Positions 1 through 9,976 are shown, counted from the first letter of the stretch. The stretch: DNA of 35,316 nt from an uncultured Methanosarcinales archaeon (GCA_964589485.1 CAZPRK010000011.1:1-35316); one strand, 5' to 3'. The notes: generated from the letters alone by a model not told the origin. Numbers and translations: made by a program.

Positions 1-1
1 T

Positions 2-1387
2 AATAAGCTTAAAAAACAAAAACAATTTTCTCTGGAAGGCATACATATAAGAAAGGATGAAACTAATTTTCCAGTATCGATAAACTTAGAATATATTAAG
101 TTCAAATCTAATAAGATAATTTTAGCAATCATAAGAGATATAAGTTCTGAAAAAATAAAAGAAAAAGCATTAAGTGAAAGTGAAAGTAAATTCAAACAAA
201 TTGCCGAAAGCAGTATCGATGTAATCTTCACAGCAAATAATAAAGGTATTGTTACTTATGTATCACCAGCAGTAGAAAAGCTATTAAGCAGAAAAGTAAA
301 AGATGTTCTAGGACATAATTATATGGAGTTTGTATGTAAAAATAGCATAGAAGAAACTAAAAGATTATTTTTAGGTACTTTAAGCGGTAAAACTATAGAA
401 GGAACAGTAATAGAATTATGCAAACCAGATAAAACAAAAGTATGGGTTGAAATTAATGCATCGCCTATTATAAAAGAAAATAAAATAATTGGATGTCAAG
501 GAGTTGCAAGAGATGTAACCTTAAGAGTTAACCTAGAAAAAAATTTAATGCAAGCTAGAATTGAGGAAATGAAAGCTAAAGAAGTTGAATGGTTAGCTTC
601 CTTGCCAAGAAAAAACCCAAACATAGTTATGAAATTGACAAATAAAGGAACTTTGTTATATCAAAATAATACTGCAAAACGAAAAATAGGAGATACTATA
701 CCTAAAAAATTAAAAAATATTATTATTAAATTAAAAGTTGAAAAGCTTAAATCTGAAATTGAAATAAAAGATAAAATATATTTATTTACTATTATCAAAA
801 TAAACGAAAAATCTCAAATCAATGTTTATGGAACTGATATTACTGAATTAAAAGAACAAGAAAAACAAGTCGAGCTTTTACTTGAAGGATTTGAAACATC
901 TCCTAATTCCCAAGTGATAGTAGAATATTGTGGTGAACCAAAAATAAAGCGTATAAATAAAGCATTTACTAAATATTACGGGTATACAACAAAAGAAGTT
1001 ATAGGAAAAAATCCTTCAATCTTGAAATCAGGGAAGCAAACAAAAGAATATTATACAAAAATGTGGAAAAATTTGCTTAATTCAAAAATTGGGTATTGGC
1101 ATGATGAAATTATTAACAAAACTAAAAAGAATAAATTAATAAATGTAATTCTTACCATTAGTACTGTATTTTATAATAATGAACCAGTATACTTTGTAGC
1201 CAATCATATTAATATAAGTAAAATCAAAGAAGTTGAGCAAAAGTTAATCGAACAAAAAAAAGAACTACAAAATAAAATCAAAGAATTAGAAAGATTCACC
1301 AATATTGTAATTGGAAGAGAATTAAAAATGGTTCAATTAAAAAATAAAATAAAAAAAATGGAGAAAAAAAGTGATAAAACTAAATAA
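2..1387 (+). CDS. Multi-PAS/PAC sensory protein, 5'-partial, no kinase domain
   Basis: Frame is open from base 2 (…IHIRKDETNFPVSIN…IIRDIS…KFKQIAESSIDVIFT…YVSPAVEKLL) into the 323 ORF. PAS/PAC motifs (VWVEINASPI…GVARDVT; INKAFTKYYGYTTKEVIGKNPSILKSG). Ends in a coiled coil (GRELKMVQLK). Confidence 0.85.
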   Translation, partial: NKLKKQKQFSLEGIHIRKDETNFPVSINLEYIKFKSNKIILAIIRDISSEKIKEKALSESESKFKQIAESSIDVIFTANNKGIVTYVSPAVEKLLSRKVKDVLGHNYMEFVCKNSIEETKRLFLGTLSGKTIEGTVIELCKPDKTKVWVEINASPIIKENKIIGCQGVARDVTLRVNLEKNLMQARIEEMKAKEVEWLASLPRKNPNIVMKLTNKGTLLYQNNTAKRKIGDTIPKKLKNIIIKLKVEKLKSEIEIKDKIYLFTIIKINEKSQINVYGTDITELKEQEKQVELLLEGFETSPNSQVIVEYCGEPKIKRINKAFTKYYGYTTKEVIGKNPSILKSGKQTKEYYTKMWKNLLNSKIGYWHDEIINKTKKNKLINVILTISTVFYNNEPVYFVANHINISKIKEVEQKLIEQKKELQNKIKELERFTNIVIGRELKMVQLKNKIKKMEKKSDKTK

Positions 1388-2216
1388 GATAAATATCCTT
1401 ATCTTAGTAGTTTCATTACTTATCATTTTTCTATTTAGTACTATATATAATTTACAAACTGCTCATGAGTCACATTCTAAAGTAGTAGATATTGCTGGAA
1501 GAAATAGAATGTTGAGTCAACAGATAGGATATGAATTACATAAAAATTATCATTCAAATAATATATCAAACTCTAATTTGGAAAAAATTGAAGAATCTAT
1601 CATTTTACACGATAAATCTCTTGACGTGTTAACTTATGGGGGTTTAATATGGAACGGAAAAAACGAAATCTATTTGTCAGAAGCACCTACTGAAGTGTTT
1701 GAATATTTAAATAAGTCAAAAATAAAATTTATAGAATATAAAAAATATGCAATAAAACTTCTAGAAAACTTAAAAAAAGGAAAAAAAAATAAAACATTGA
1801 TGAATTACATAAATAATAATAATAAAGAACTTCTTTTGTTAAATCAAAATGTTGTTGAGAGTTTTGTAACCTTCAATGAAAAAAGTGAGAAAAAAATAAA
1901 GTTTGTCTTAATTATTATTTTCTTAATAACTTTAATAGGCATAACTTATATCTTCAAACTTATTAAATTAACTGAAAAACAAAATAAATCAATCAAATAT
2001 TATAACAAAAACCTTTCGAAAAAAGTTAAAGAAAAAACTAAAGAAATATTAAAATCTGAAAAAGAATTAAGAAAAAGAGTAGTTTTAGAGAAAAAAGCAA
2101 GACTTGCATCTCTTAACATACTTGAAGACGTAGAAGAAGCAAGAATAAAAGTAAAAAGATCTTTAGTTGAATTAAAAGGATTAGATAAACTAAAAGTTCA
2201 ATTCTCATCCATTTAA
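1371..2216 (+). CDS. Membrane sensor with NarX/PilJ-like extracellular domain; apparently a histidine kinase truncated before the H-box
   Basis: Two TM helices, P-box-like VVDIAGRNRMLSQ, then a signalling coiled coil ending LDKLKVQFSSI-stop, where SHELRTP normally follows. Confidence 0.7.
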   Translation: MIKLNKINILILVVSLLIIFLFSTIYNLQTAHESHSKVVDIAGRNRMLSQQIGYELHKNYHSNNISNSNLEKIEESIILHDKSLDVLTYGGLIWNGKNEIYLSEAPTEVFEYLNKSKIKFIEYKKYAIKLLENLKKGKKNKTLMNYINNNNKELLLLNQNVVESFVTFNEKSEKKIKFVLIIIFLITLIGITYIFKLIKLTEKQNKSIKYYNKNLSKKVKEKTKEILKSEKELRKRVVLEKKARLASLNILEDVEEARIKVKRSLVELKGLDKLKVQFSSI

Positions 2217-2512
2217 TTTTTAATAATTTTATATCAATTCCTTTTTCAACATTTGCTTTATTAATTTTTGTTTTCAATTCAAATAATTCATTTTGCAATA
2301 AATTTATTTCTTTTGTTATATTTTCTATTCTCTTTTTTTGACTATCAACAAAATTTTGATTTAATTCTTTTATCTCATCGTTTGATAATTTTTCATTTTC
2401 CCAAGATTTAAGTTGAATTTTTTTTTTTAATAATTTCATTTCTTAGATCTATTTTTCTTAGTATGTTTTGTTCTATTTGTTTTACATTAAACAATATTTC
2501 TGATATTTTCAC
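2113..2512 (-). pseudogene. Coiled-coil protein (DIP1984-like pattern), frameshifted in an A11 tract and probably 3'-truncated
   Basis: AGGTGA SD then GTG at 2512 gives MKISEILFNVKQIEQNILRKIDLRNEIIKKKNST*. Removing one A from the 11-mer (T11 at 2418-2428 on +) fuses it to the 2113..2439 ORF (…ELFELKTKINKAN). Confidence 0.55.
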
Positions 2513-2597
2513 TTATATCACCTTATTTATTGACGATAGAAAAAAATATAAATTTTTTCATTTTTTGATATAAACTTATAATTTTTGATTAAAAAGT

Positions 2598-2816
2598 CTA
2601 ATTTAAGAAAGAATATCCTTTCAAATTATTAATTTTATATATTTTCTTAATCTTTTCTTTACCGTTTGGCATTTTTAATATACGTTGAATGGCATTTAGA
2701 GCTAAGTCATATTGAGAATTAATAAAATCAGAATGTGGTTTTTGCCATTTTGTTGGATTTTCTTTGACAAATTTAGCCCACCTTTCTACATGTTCCATGT
2801 GTGTTGTATCTCTCAT
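2598..2816 (-). CDS. Small helical hypothetical protein coupled to the upstream nucleotidyltransferase
   Basis: 72 aa; ATGA overlap with the stop of 2813..3370. Confidence 0.75.
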   Translation of the reverse strand: MRDTTHMEHVERWAKFVKENPTKWQKPHSDFINSQYDLALNAIQRILKMPNGKEKIKKIYKINNLKGYSFLN

Positions 2817-3370
2817 AATCTTAACTCCTTTATAGTTTCTTTAATTGTATTTATTTTGTTTTCATTAATTTCTTCATCAAAAATTATTCTTAAGTGTCTA
2901 GCATCTTCTAAGTCTTTATCTGATTTCAAATATTCTTCTTTAAATGCAATATTATATTCGATTGATCCAAAAAAAACATCTAATCCTGTTATTGGAATTT
3001 TAACTCTTTCTTTAACTTGAACTTCATCTAATTTGTCTTTCGCAAATTTAATTTTCATTTCAGGAAGAGGTGAATCTTTGTATGTATATCTTACAGAAGC
3101 TTGCTCTTCTAAATATTCAAAAATAATATTAACATCATCAGATTGCATGCATATAAAATCATTTTTTATTAGATCTTCATGAAATTGTTTAAATCTTTCA
3201 ATATCTACTACAGAAATAATCATATCTATATCTTCAGTCCCTCTTACTCTACCTGTAGCTATTGCGATAAACCCTGAAACGATAATATATTTCGTATGTT
3301 TATCAACTATTTCGCAAAACTTAGTTACAAATTTATTTAGTATGTTTATATCGCTTATACTTCTTTCCAT
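2813..3370 (-). CDS. Pol-beta superfamily nucleotidyltransferase (DUF6036/AbiEii-like)
   Basis: YIIVSGFIAIATGRVRGTEDIDMII (G…R.T.D.D motif) and C-terminal KDLEDA. Confidence 0.75.
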   Translation of the reverse strand: MERSISDINILNKFVTKFCEIVDKHTKYIIVSGFIAIATGRVRGTEDIDMIISVVDIERFKQFHEDLIKNDFICMQSDDVNIIFEYLEEQASVRYTYKDSPLPEMKIKFAKDKLDEVQVKERVKIPITGLDVFFGSIEYNIAFKEEYLKSDKDLEDARHLRIIFDEEINENKINTIKETIKELRL

Positions 3371-3434
3371 GTTAAATGATGAAACACGATACTATTTAAA
3401 TATTAATGAAGCTTACTTTTTATCGATAATCCAA

Positions 3435-3448
3435 GAAACATTTAAATA
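3435..3448 (+). promoter_or_regulatory. BRE/TATA promoter of the ACT-domain gene (probably leaderless)
   Basis: GAAACA-TTTAAATA ending 23 nt before ATG 3472; no SD. Confidence 0.6.
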
Positions 3449-3471
3449 TGACTTTGTTACCTTAATAACAA

Positions 3472-4122
3472 ATGGTTACAGTAAGTCAAGTAGTAAAAAA
3501 AATAATTAATAATCAACCTAGGTTACAAGATTCTATGATTGAAGGAATAATTAGTTTCGCAAATTTAGCAGAATATTTACAACCTAGAATTGAAAAAGAA
3601 ATGGGTGAAGTAGTTAATACACCTTCTATTGTTATGGCGTTAAGAAGATACTCTGACAATCTCCAAAGTAAAGTTGTAACTCAACCATTTAAGGCAAGTC
3701 AAGAATTAATATTAAAAACTAATTTATGTGATATTTGTATTGTTAAAACATCTTCCGCAATAAAAAAAATTCAAAAACTTTATAACATTATAGATTATGA
3801 TAGAGGGGAAACGCTTAACATAATTCAGGGAAACTATGAAGTAACTATTGTAATTTCGCAAAAACATTTGGATGATGTGAAGAAAATAATTAAAGGAGAA
3901 AAAATTTTACATTTAGAAAAAGATTTAGTTTCATTAACATTAAGGTTAAGTAAAGACTTTTTATTAACTCCTGGAATAATGTCAGTTGCAACAAGAAAAT
4001 TAGCTTGGGAAAATATTAATATTTTAGAAAACATTTCTACTATGACAGAACTAGCTTTTATTATTCCAGAAAAAGATTCTTCAAGAGCTTATAACTTATT
4101 TCAAGAGATAATAGCTTACTGA
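3472..4122 (+). CDS. ACT-domain protein with N-terminal helical/HTH-like region (aspartokinase-regulatory-like)
   Basis: GIISFANLAEYL…SIVMALRRY; C-terminal TPGIM…LAWENINILENISTMTELAFII ACT pattern. Confidence 0.75.
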   Translation: MVTVSQVVKKIINNQPRLQDSMIEGIISFANLAEYLQPRIEKEMGEVVNTPSIVMALRRYSDNLQSKVVTQPFKASQELILKTNLCDICIVKTSSAIKKIQKLYNIIDYDRGETLNIIQGNYEVTIVISQKHLDDVKKIIKGEKILHLEKDLVSLTLRLSKDFLLTPGIMSVATRKLAWENINILENISTMTELAFIIPEKDSSRAYNLFQEIIAY

Positions 4123-5303
4123 ATTTCAAAATAATCTTCTAATATTAATTTATCCAAGTTATCTAGTTTATTACAAATATAAAATCTTCCGTTGCCAATT
4201 TCAACAATTTTCCGACCTAATTCTTCACCTTTTTCATCTAAATCTATTCCAATTAAACTAACAGAAATATTATTTGCTTTAGCTGAACTTATAGCTTTTA
4301 ATGTTTCTTCTTCAGGGTCTTTTCCAAATGTTGGCAATGCATCACTAAGTAAAACGATATGTTTAGTAACATCTTTATTTGGAAATAAATCTATTGCCTT
4401 ATTAATTGTACCAACAATATCAGTTTCTTTTGAAGCTTTTACTCTAGTTAATTCTTTTAATATTAATCCAAAATCATTTGTTGGAGAAATAACTTCTTTG
4501 ACTTCACTTCCAAACGTAATTAATCCAACCATATCTTTATTCTCTATGGCTTTGAAAGAAAGAGCCACTCCTGCTCGTTTAGCGGCATCTATTTTTTTCC
4601 CACGCATACTTCCGCTTGCGTCTAATCCATAAATTATATAAGTTTCTCCTCTACTTTCTCTATTAAATGTTTGTAAATCTTCTATTAAAATTTCTTTATG
4701 GTTTCTTCTAATTGCATTTTTTAAGCTTTTTCTTAATGCAATATCTTTAAACCTGTGACCTTTTTTATATTTCTTAACATCTTGTTTTTCACCATAATGA
4801 CTTATTTTTTTATGTAATCTTTGTCCCATAGATCCTTTTGGAATTATATTATCTAGTTCTTCAAAATAAAGTGTCAATGATGCTAATTCAATTCCTGATT
4901 CTAGAATAAATCCTTCTTTATCGATTAATTTATCTTTTTTTAATTTTTTAACATTTTCTTCTAATTTTTGTTTTAATTCTCTTTGGAATTCAGGGATTTG
5001 AATATTTCTTTCTATATATTGGTCATCGTATCCAGAAAGTAAACTAATTAATTTGGGTCCATATAAATTTTTGGCCATGTTGTAATCTGTAACAAAACTA
5101 TCCATCATTAAATCTGGGGTAAAACTTCCAATTGCTTGATTTAATGCTTCTCTGATAGTTTTACCTTCATCAACTTTTTCTTGATCATTCTCAATAACAG
5201 AATTCATTAATTTATTTCCAACTTCTTCTTTTCTAAGTTTTCCACTAAGTTCTTCTATTCCAGAGAATGATTGAACTTCAACCTGAGTGTCAGGGAGAAT
5301 CAC
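4116..5303 (-). CDS. VWA-domain protein (ChlD-like C-terminal module)
   Basis: MIDAS DASGSM, ETDI and LLSDALP; KDIALRKSLKNA upstream as in ChlD. Confidence 0.85.
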   Translation of the reverse strand: MILPDTQVEVQSFSGIEELSGKLRKEEVGNKLMNSVIENDQEKVDEGKTIREALNQAIGSFTPDLMMDSFVTDYNMAKNLYGPKLISLLSGYDDQYIERNIQIPEFQRELKQKLEENVKKLKKDKLIDKEGFILESGIELASLTLYFEELDNIIPKGSMGQRLHKKISHYGEKQDVKKYKKGHRFKDIALRKSLKNAIRRNHKEILIEDLQTFNRESRGETYIIYGLDASGSMRGKKIDAAKRAGVALSFKAIENKDMVGLITFGSEVKEVISPTNDFGLILKELTRVKASKETDIVGTINKAIDLFPNKDVTKHIVLLSDALPTFGKDPEEETLKAISSAKANNISVSLIGIDLDEKGEELGRKIVEIGNGRFYICNKLDNLDKLILEDYFEIQ

Positions 5304-6315
5304 CTTTTTTAATTTCTTTAGCTACATCGCTTTTAGAAAAATCGTCAAATTGTTCTTCTAAAAATTCTTGTGGGCTTTTTAAGTACTTTACGCTTGGCTT
5401 TAAACTAATTCTATGTGCTAAAACACTTACTAAAATATCTTGAAAGTCTTCATAGTCTGCTTTATTTTTTCCTTTTAATTTAGCATTACTTTGAGTTCTT
5501 TCATACAATCCTATACTAGCCCTAACACTAGGAACTTTACTCAAATCTTTACTTTCTCTTAAAAGTCTAATAAAGTAAGTCATAAAATGAAGTAAATCTT
5601 CAGATATTTCTATTAATTTTTGACTTTGTTGTGTTACAATTTCTTTTTCAATTTCAATTGTTTCAGGATATTTCATGTATATAACATCAAATCTATCTAA
5701 TAGTACATCGCTTAACTTTTCAGTGTTACTATCTTCGGGATTCATTGTAGCAATAAATAAAAAATTAGCTTCAAAATCTATATCATAACTTCCAACTGTT
5801 GCTTTTTTTTCTTGCAATACTTGCAATAAAGCATTTTGTAATTTTTCAGGGCATCTATTTAATTCATCAAAGAATAAAACTCCGTTATTTGCTTTAAATA
5901 ATTTTCCAGGAGTAAAAGCTTCAAAACTTAGTGGTCCAAATTTCATTGCTTTAATTGGGTCTATATCTCCAATTAAATCTTCAACAGTTAAATCTGGGCT
6001 TCCTTGAATTCTTACAAATCTTTCATTTCCAGATATTTTTTTTGTTTTTAATTTAGAGTTTAATTTACAATTAGGACAAATTAAGCTTTCTTTAGTACAG
6101 TGAAAACTACACCCATCAATGACTTCAAGGTCATCTAGAATTTTTGCGACATTTTTAGCTAAAGTTGTCTTTCCGATTCCGGGGTTTCCTATAACTAAAA
6201 CATTTCTATTGCTTAGTAATGCACTTTTTAGTTGTAATTTCGTTGCGTCTTGTCCAATAATATCTGAAAAAAGTTTTTCATCTAATAATTTGTTTTGTAT
6301 TTCTTGTAGTATCAT
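5290..6315 (-). CDS. AAA+ ATPase, ChlI/MoxR-like
   Basis: FSDIIGQ, Walker A GNPGIGKT, PGKLFKANNGVLFFDELNR (Walker B), ATMNPE, LLDRF. Confidence 0.9.
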   Translation of the reverse strand: MILQEIQNKLLDEKLFSDIIGQDATKLQLKSALLSNRNVLVIGNPGIGKTTLAKNVAKILDDLEVIDGCSFHCTKESLICPNCKLNSKLKTKKISGNERFVRIQGSPDLTVEDLIGDIDPIKAMKFGPLSFEAFTPGKLFKANNGVLFFDELNRCPEKLQNALLQVLQEKKATVGSYDIDFEANFLFIATMNPEDSNTEKLSDVLLDRFDVIYMKYPETIEIEKEIVTQQSQKLIEISEDLLHFMTYFIRLLRESKDLSKVPSVRASIGLYERTQSNAKLKGKNKADYEDFQDILVSVLAHRISLKPSVKYLKSPQEFLEEQFDDFSKSDVAKEIKKGDSP

Positions 6316-6395
6316 GGCGCGATAATAAAAGTAAGTTGTTTATAAATGTTAGTGTTATGGAAAACCTTTTAAACTATATTGCAATATAATATAAA

Positions 6396-8942
6396 ATGCA
6401 AAAAGAAGAGGTTTTAGAGCATATTAAGGTTTTTTATGAGAAAAGTAAATCTTTTTCTAAAATTAAAAATGATTATCTTAATTATATCTTTAATACAATT
6501 CATAAAATAAATAATGTTTTGAAAAGTAATACTGAACGTAATTTCATTTATAATTCTTTAGATAATTTAGAACAAGATGATAAGGCATGGGGTAATTTTC
6601 CCGAATTTTCTATATTTAAGGAAAACATTGATTTCTTCTTAAATCATGATAAATTAGATGCTAATGAAAAACAATTTATTTGGATTTTACATAAAAAGGA
6701 GTTTAAGGGTGAGCATAAATTAACTAAATTTTTTGAATTATTATCTGAAGAAGAAGAGTTTTTAAATTCTAGTTTGAAATTAATTAATGAAATTAGTTTA
6801 TCTTGTAATGATCATAGATTAAAAGAATTATTAGATCTAAGTAGAAGAGAAGTAAATAAACTAATTAAAGCTGTAAGAGTTGAAATTAAAGCTTTAGAAA
6901 GAGGAAAGATTGAGTTATTAGAAAAGGTAATCTTGAAGTATAGATTAGATAATGTAATTGAAAACGAATTAAATAACTTTTTAATTGAAAATAAAATTCC
7001 CGATAATATTCCTAAACAGAAAGGGAAAGTTAAGGGCATAGTATCTATATTTGCTGCAATTTATATTGGAGTTACTTCTTGTATGCCATCAAATAAAGTT
7101 GAAGATCATACACTTGATAAACAGTTATATGATCAAGTTATTAGTAATATTGAATCTAAAAAGAATAATCAAGCAATTCAAAAAGAAAATGCTGATAGTT
7201 ATAGAGAAACTCACAATAAAAAAATTAGTAAAGGCTATTCTTCAATGGAGTTAAGTGAGATATTACATGCAATGGATGGATTATCTATTTCTTTGCCTAA
7301 TGTTAGTGGTGATGAAAAGCTTAAAGTATTAGCAGAATGGCAGAAAGGTTATGATGCTTTGATTGTTTATTTAAAGAATTTAGAACAAAAATTAATTCAT
7401 GCAAGAAATGCTGATATAGTAAGTATGACTAAGAATGAAATTTTAAATTATATTGATCATGTACAAGAATTGTTACAAAAAACAAAAGATCAAAGCTTAA
7501 GAAATAAGTTAATTGAACTATGGCAGAAAGCATATGATGTTATGAATATAAGGAATGATTCTAATGATTTTGTAGAATCTGAAGAGAGCGTTATCCCTGA
7601 AACAAATGAAAAAATTAAATTAAAAGATAAACAAATTAAGTCGGAAGAAGAAGTTGAAAATGAAAAAGAAGATGTCTTCAAACTTAATCCAAAACCTTGG
7701 CTTATGATTTCTAATCAGGGACCTATTTGGGTCAATTCAGAGTTAGAACGGATTAATGAGTTGGTTAAATTTTACCCTAGTAACAAGGCAGTATATGGCT
7801 ATTATGAAATTTTGAAACGTTGTCAGTACTTTTTTAAATTTTCTAATATTTATTCTTTGAGTGAAGGTAATAGATTAAATTTTTTGATCTATGTGCAGGA
7901 TAATCTTAAAAAAGAGTTAGAAGATGAATCTTTTAACTTTGATAACTTTAGAACACAGATAAGAAAAAAGTTAGAAAGTAATCCTAGCGAAATAAGAAAT
8001 GCACCTTATTTTTCACGGTATGATTTAGGTTTTATTATTTCTTGTTTAAATTGGAATTTGGAGACTTATGATTATTTGGAGGATGATATTCTCAATAATG
8101 AAGAAGTTATTAAACATCTAGCAAGAGAAGTTCCTAAGTTAAGTAGAAAATTAAGTGGATTGAATAAAGAGTATTATCTAAATTTATTAAAAGATGCAGA
8201 CAACAAAACAGATCTTGAAGGTGCAACCTATTTAGCTGATATTAATCCTGAAATTTTAGATGCTGATTTTGTAATTAAAGTTATTAAATTAAATCCTGCT
8301 GAGATGTATACTAAATCTATTTATAAATATATTTTAAAAAATAATTTAATAGATGTAGTTCTTAGTGTGGATGTTAGATTCTATTTTGCTATGGATTATT
8401 ATCATTACAAATTGTTACCTAAATTTACAAGTGATTTTTTTTATGAATTTCTTAAAATAGGTGAACAGCAATTTAGTGATCATTTTGAATCATTTTTATT
8501 TGATTTTGTTAATTTTGTTGATTATGATTATGCAGCTGAGGTTCTGGATAGCCGAATTATAGTTTTTTTCATAAAGCACAAATATTATAAATTCTTGGAA
8601 GTCATACATGATCACGTGGATTATGATTTGTTTTTTGAAGTAATTAACTTAGATCCAAAAAATTTGCATTATTTTGATAATCAGCAGTGGGTATATAATG
8701 TTATTAAAGATAATCCTGCACATGCTGAATTTCTGTCTTATGATTTGAGAAAAGATGTAAGTTTTATTAGTAAGTTAATTGATTATGTTCCTGAAGTAGT
8801 TGGGTATTTGCCACATTTAGATTTAAATATGGTTAAAAAATTAATAATTAAAATAGGTCCTGATTTTTTAGCTAATTTAAAAAGTAATGATCCTGACATA
8901 ATTTACTTCATTAAAAAAAACTATCCACAACATTCAAAATAA
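6396..8942 (+). CDS. Large hypothetical protein with an internal hydrophobic/lipobox-like segment and C-terminal helical repeats
   Basis: 848-aa ORF, TATA-like element upstream, KVKGIVSIFAAIYIGVTSC near aa 229, repeated 'VI..NP....Y/F' units near the C-terminus. Confidence 0.7.
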   Translation: MQKEEVLEHIKVFYEKSKSFSKIKNDYLNYIFNTIHKINNVLKSNTERNFIYNSLDNLEQDDKAWGNFPEFSIFKENIDFFLNHDKLDANEKQFIWILHKKEFKGEHKLTKFFELLSEEEEFLNSSLKLINEISLSCNDHRLKELLDLSRREVNKLIKAVRVEIKALERGKIELLEKVILKYRLDNVIENELNNFLIENKIPDNIPKQKGKVKGIVSIFAAIYIGVTSCMPSNKVEDHTLDKQLYDQVISNIESKKNNQAIQKENADSYRETHNKKISKGYSSMELSEILHAMDGLSISLPNVSGDEKLKVLAEWQKGYDALIVYLKNLEQKLIHARNADIVSMTKNEILNYIDHVQELLQKTKDQSLRNKLIELWQKAYDVMNIRNDSNDFVESEESVIPETNEKIKLKDKQIKSEEEVENEKEDVFKLNPKPWLMISNQGPIWVNSELERINELVKFYPSNKAVYGYYEILKRCQYFFKFSNIYSLSEGNRLNFLIYVQDNLKKELEDESFNFDNFRTQIRKKLESNPSEIRNAPYFSRYDLGFIISCLNWNLETYDYLEDDILNNEEVIKHLAREVPKLSRKLSGLNKEYYLNLLKDADNKTDLEGATYLADINPEILDADFVIKVIKLNPAEMYTKSIYKYILKNNLIDVVLSVDVRFYFAMDYYHYKLLPKFTSDFFYEFLKIGEQQFSDHFESFLFDFVNFVDYDYAAEVLDSRIIVFFIKHKYYKFLEVIHDHVDYDLFFEVINLDPKNLHYFDNQQWVYNVIKDNPAHAEFLSYDLRKDVSFISKLIDYVPEVVGYLPHLDLNMVKKLIIKIGPDFLANLKSNDPDIIYFIKKNYPQHSK

Positions 8943-9506
8943 ACTCAACACTAACCCAGCAACTAAAGGAACAACAATATTATCATTGATAGGCATTCCT
9001 TTTATTTCATCATAACTTTCTGCTGTCATGGCAATAGTAGAAGCAATTAATGCTTGCCACCATGGGACGAATATCATAGCACCTAAGGTACCAAAAAGAA
9101 TTCCAGCTATTAGCCCTTCAAAGAATTTAGAATTATTAAATGGATGTTTGATTCTTCCAAAATGTCCTATTAAAGGTCCTATAGCATCACCTAATGTTAA
9201 TATTGCTATTGAAGCTAATGCAATATTTTTTGGAAAAATTACAATTGAAACTAATATTCCTATTAATCCATATATTGTTCCTTTTAAAGGCATTTCATGC
9301 ATATCTTTTTTTCTTTCACAATGATTAAGAAAAAAGCTAATTATTGGAATTTTGTGATTTTTTAAAATGTTAGAAAATAAGAAAGATAAACAAAGTATTA
9401 AAAAAACATAAAATTCATTTAATATATTAAAATAAAGTAATATTATAAAAATAATTCCAAGAAAAATATGCATAGTTTGTCTTTTTAATTCCAATTTAGT
9501 TATCAT
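8934..9506 (-). CDS. Dolichol/phytol kinase-like membrane protein (SEC59/DGK1/VTE5 family)
   Basis: ELKRQTMH, LTLGDAIGPLIG.FGR, KFFEG, DNIVVPL motifs. Confidence 0.85.
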   Translation of the reverse strand: MITKLELKRQTMHIFLGIIFIILLYFNILNEFYVFLILCLSFLFSNILKNHKIPIISFFLNHCERKKDMHEMPLKGTIYGLIGILVSIVIFPKNIALASIAILTLGDAIGPLIGHFGRIKHPFNNSKFFEGLIAGILFGTLGAMIFVPWWQALIASTIAMTAESYDEIKGMPINDNIVVPLVAGLVLSLF

Positions 9507-9976
9507 TTTAAAAATAATGCTCTAATTGCACCCTCTCCAAATAAAGTAACAATAGTAACAAGTACGCCAGCTATAATAACTCCTATACATGCTGCGTATA
9601 TAAATTCTTTGAAATTAAATCCTAATAAATAAGCTCCTAATGTTCCTGAGTATACTCCGCTCCCTGGAAGAGGAATTCCAATAAAAACAGCTAAACCAAT
9701 AACCCCGTACTTTTCCACATATGGGTGAACTTTCTTTTGAGTTTTAATCACTATTTTTTGATATAATTTATCTACAAATTCAAACCTTAAAAAATAATGC
9801 ATAACATAATTTACAAATATCCATAACAAAGGAGCTAATAGTATATTAACAATGATTGCAGTAATAATTACTACTTTCCAATCAATTCCAGAAATAATTC
9901 CATACGGGATGCTTGCACGAAGTTCAAGAAATGGCATAAATGTCAATAAAATAATCCAAAGTATTTCTTTTAACAT
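9503..9976 (-). CDS. Putative small multi-drug export family membrane protein (COG2426)
   Basis: PFLELRASIPYG and FIGIPLPGSGVYSG signatures. Confidence 0.85.
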   Translation of the reverse strand: MLKEILWIILLTFMPFLELRASIPYGIISGIDWKVVIITAIIVNILLAPLLWIFVNYVMHYFLRFEFVDKLYQKIVIKTQKKVHPYVEKYGVIGLAVFIGIPLPGSGVYSGTLGAYLLGFNFKEFIYAACIGVIIAGVLVTIVTLFGEGAIRALFLK

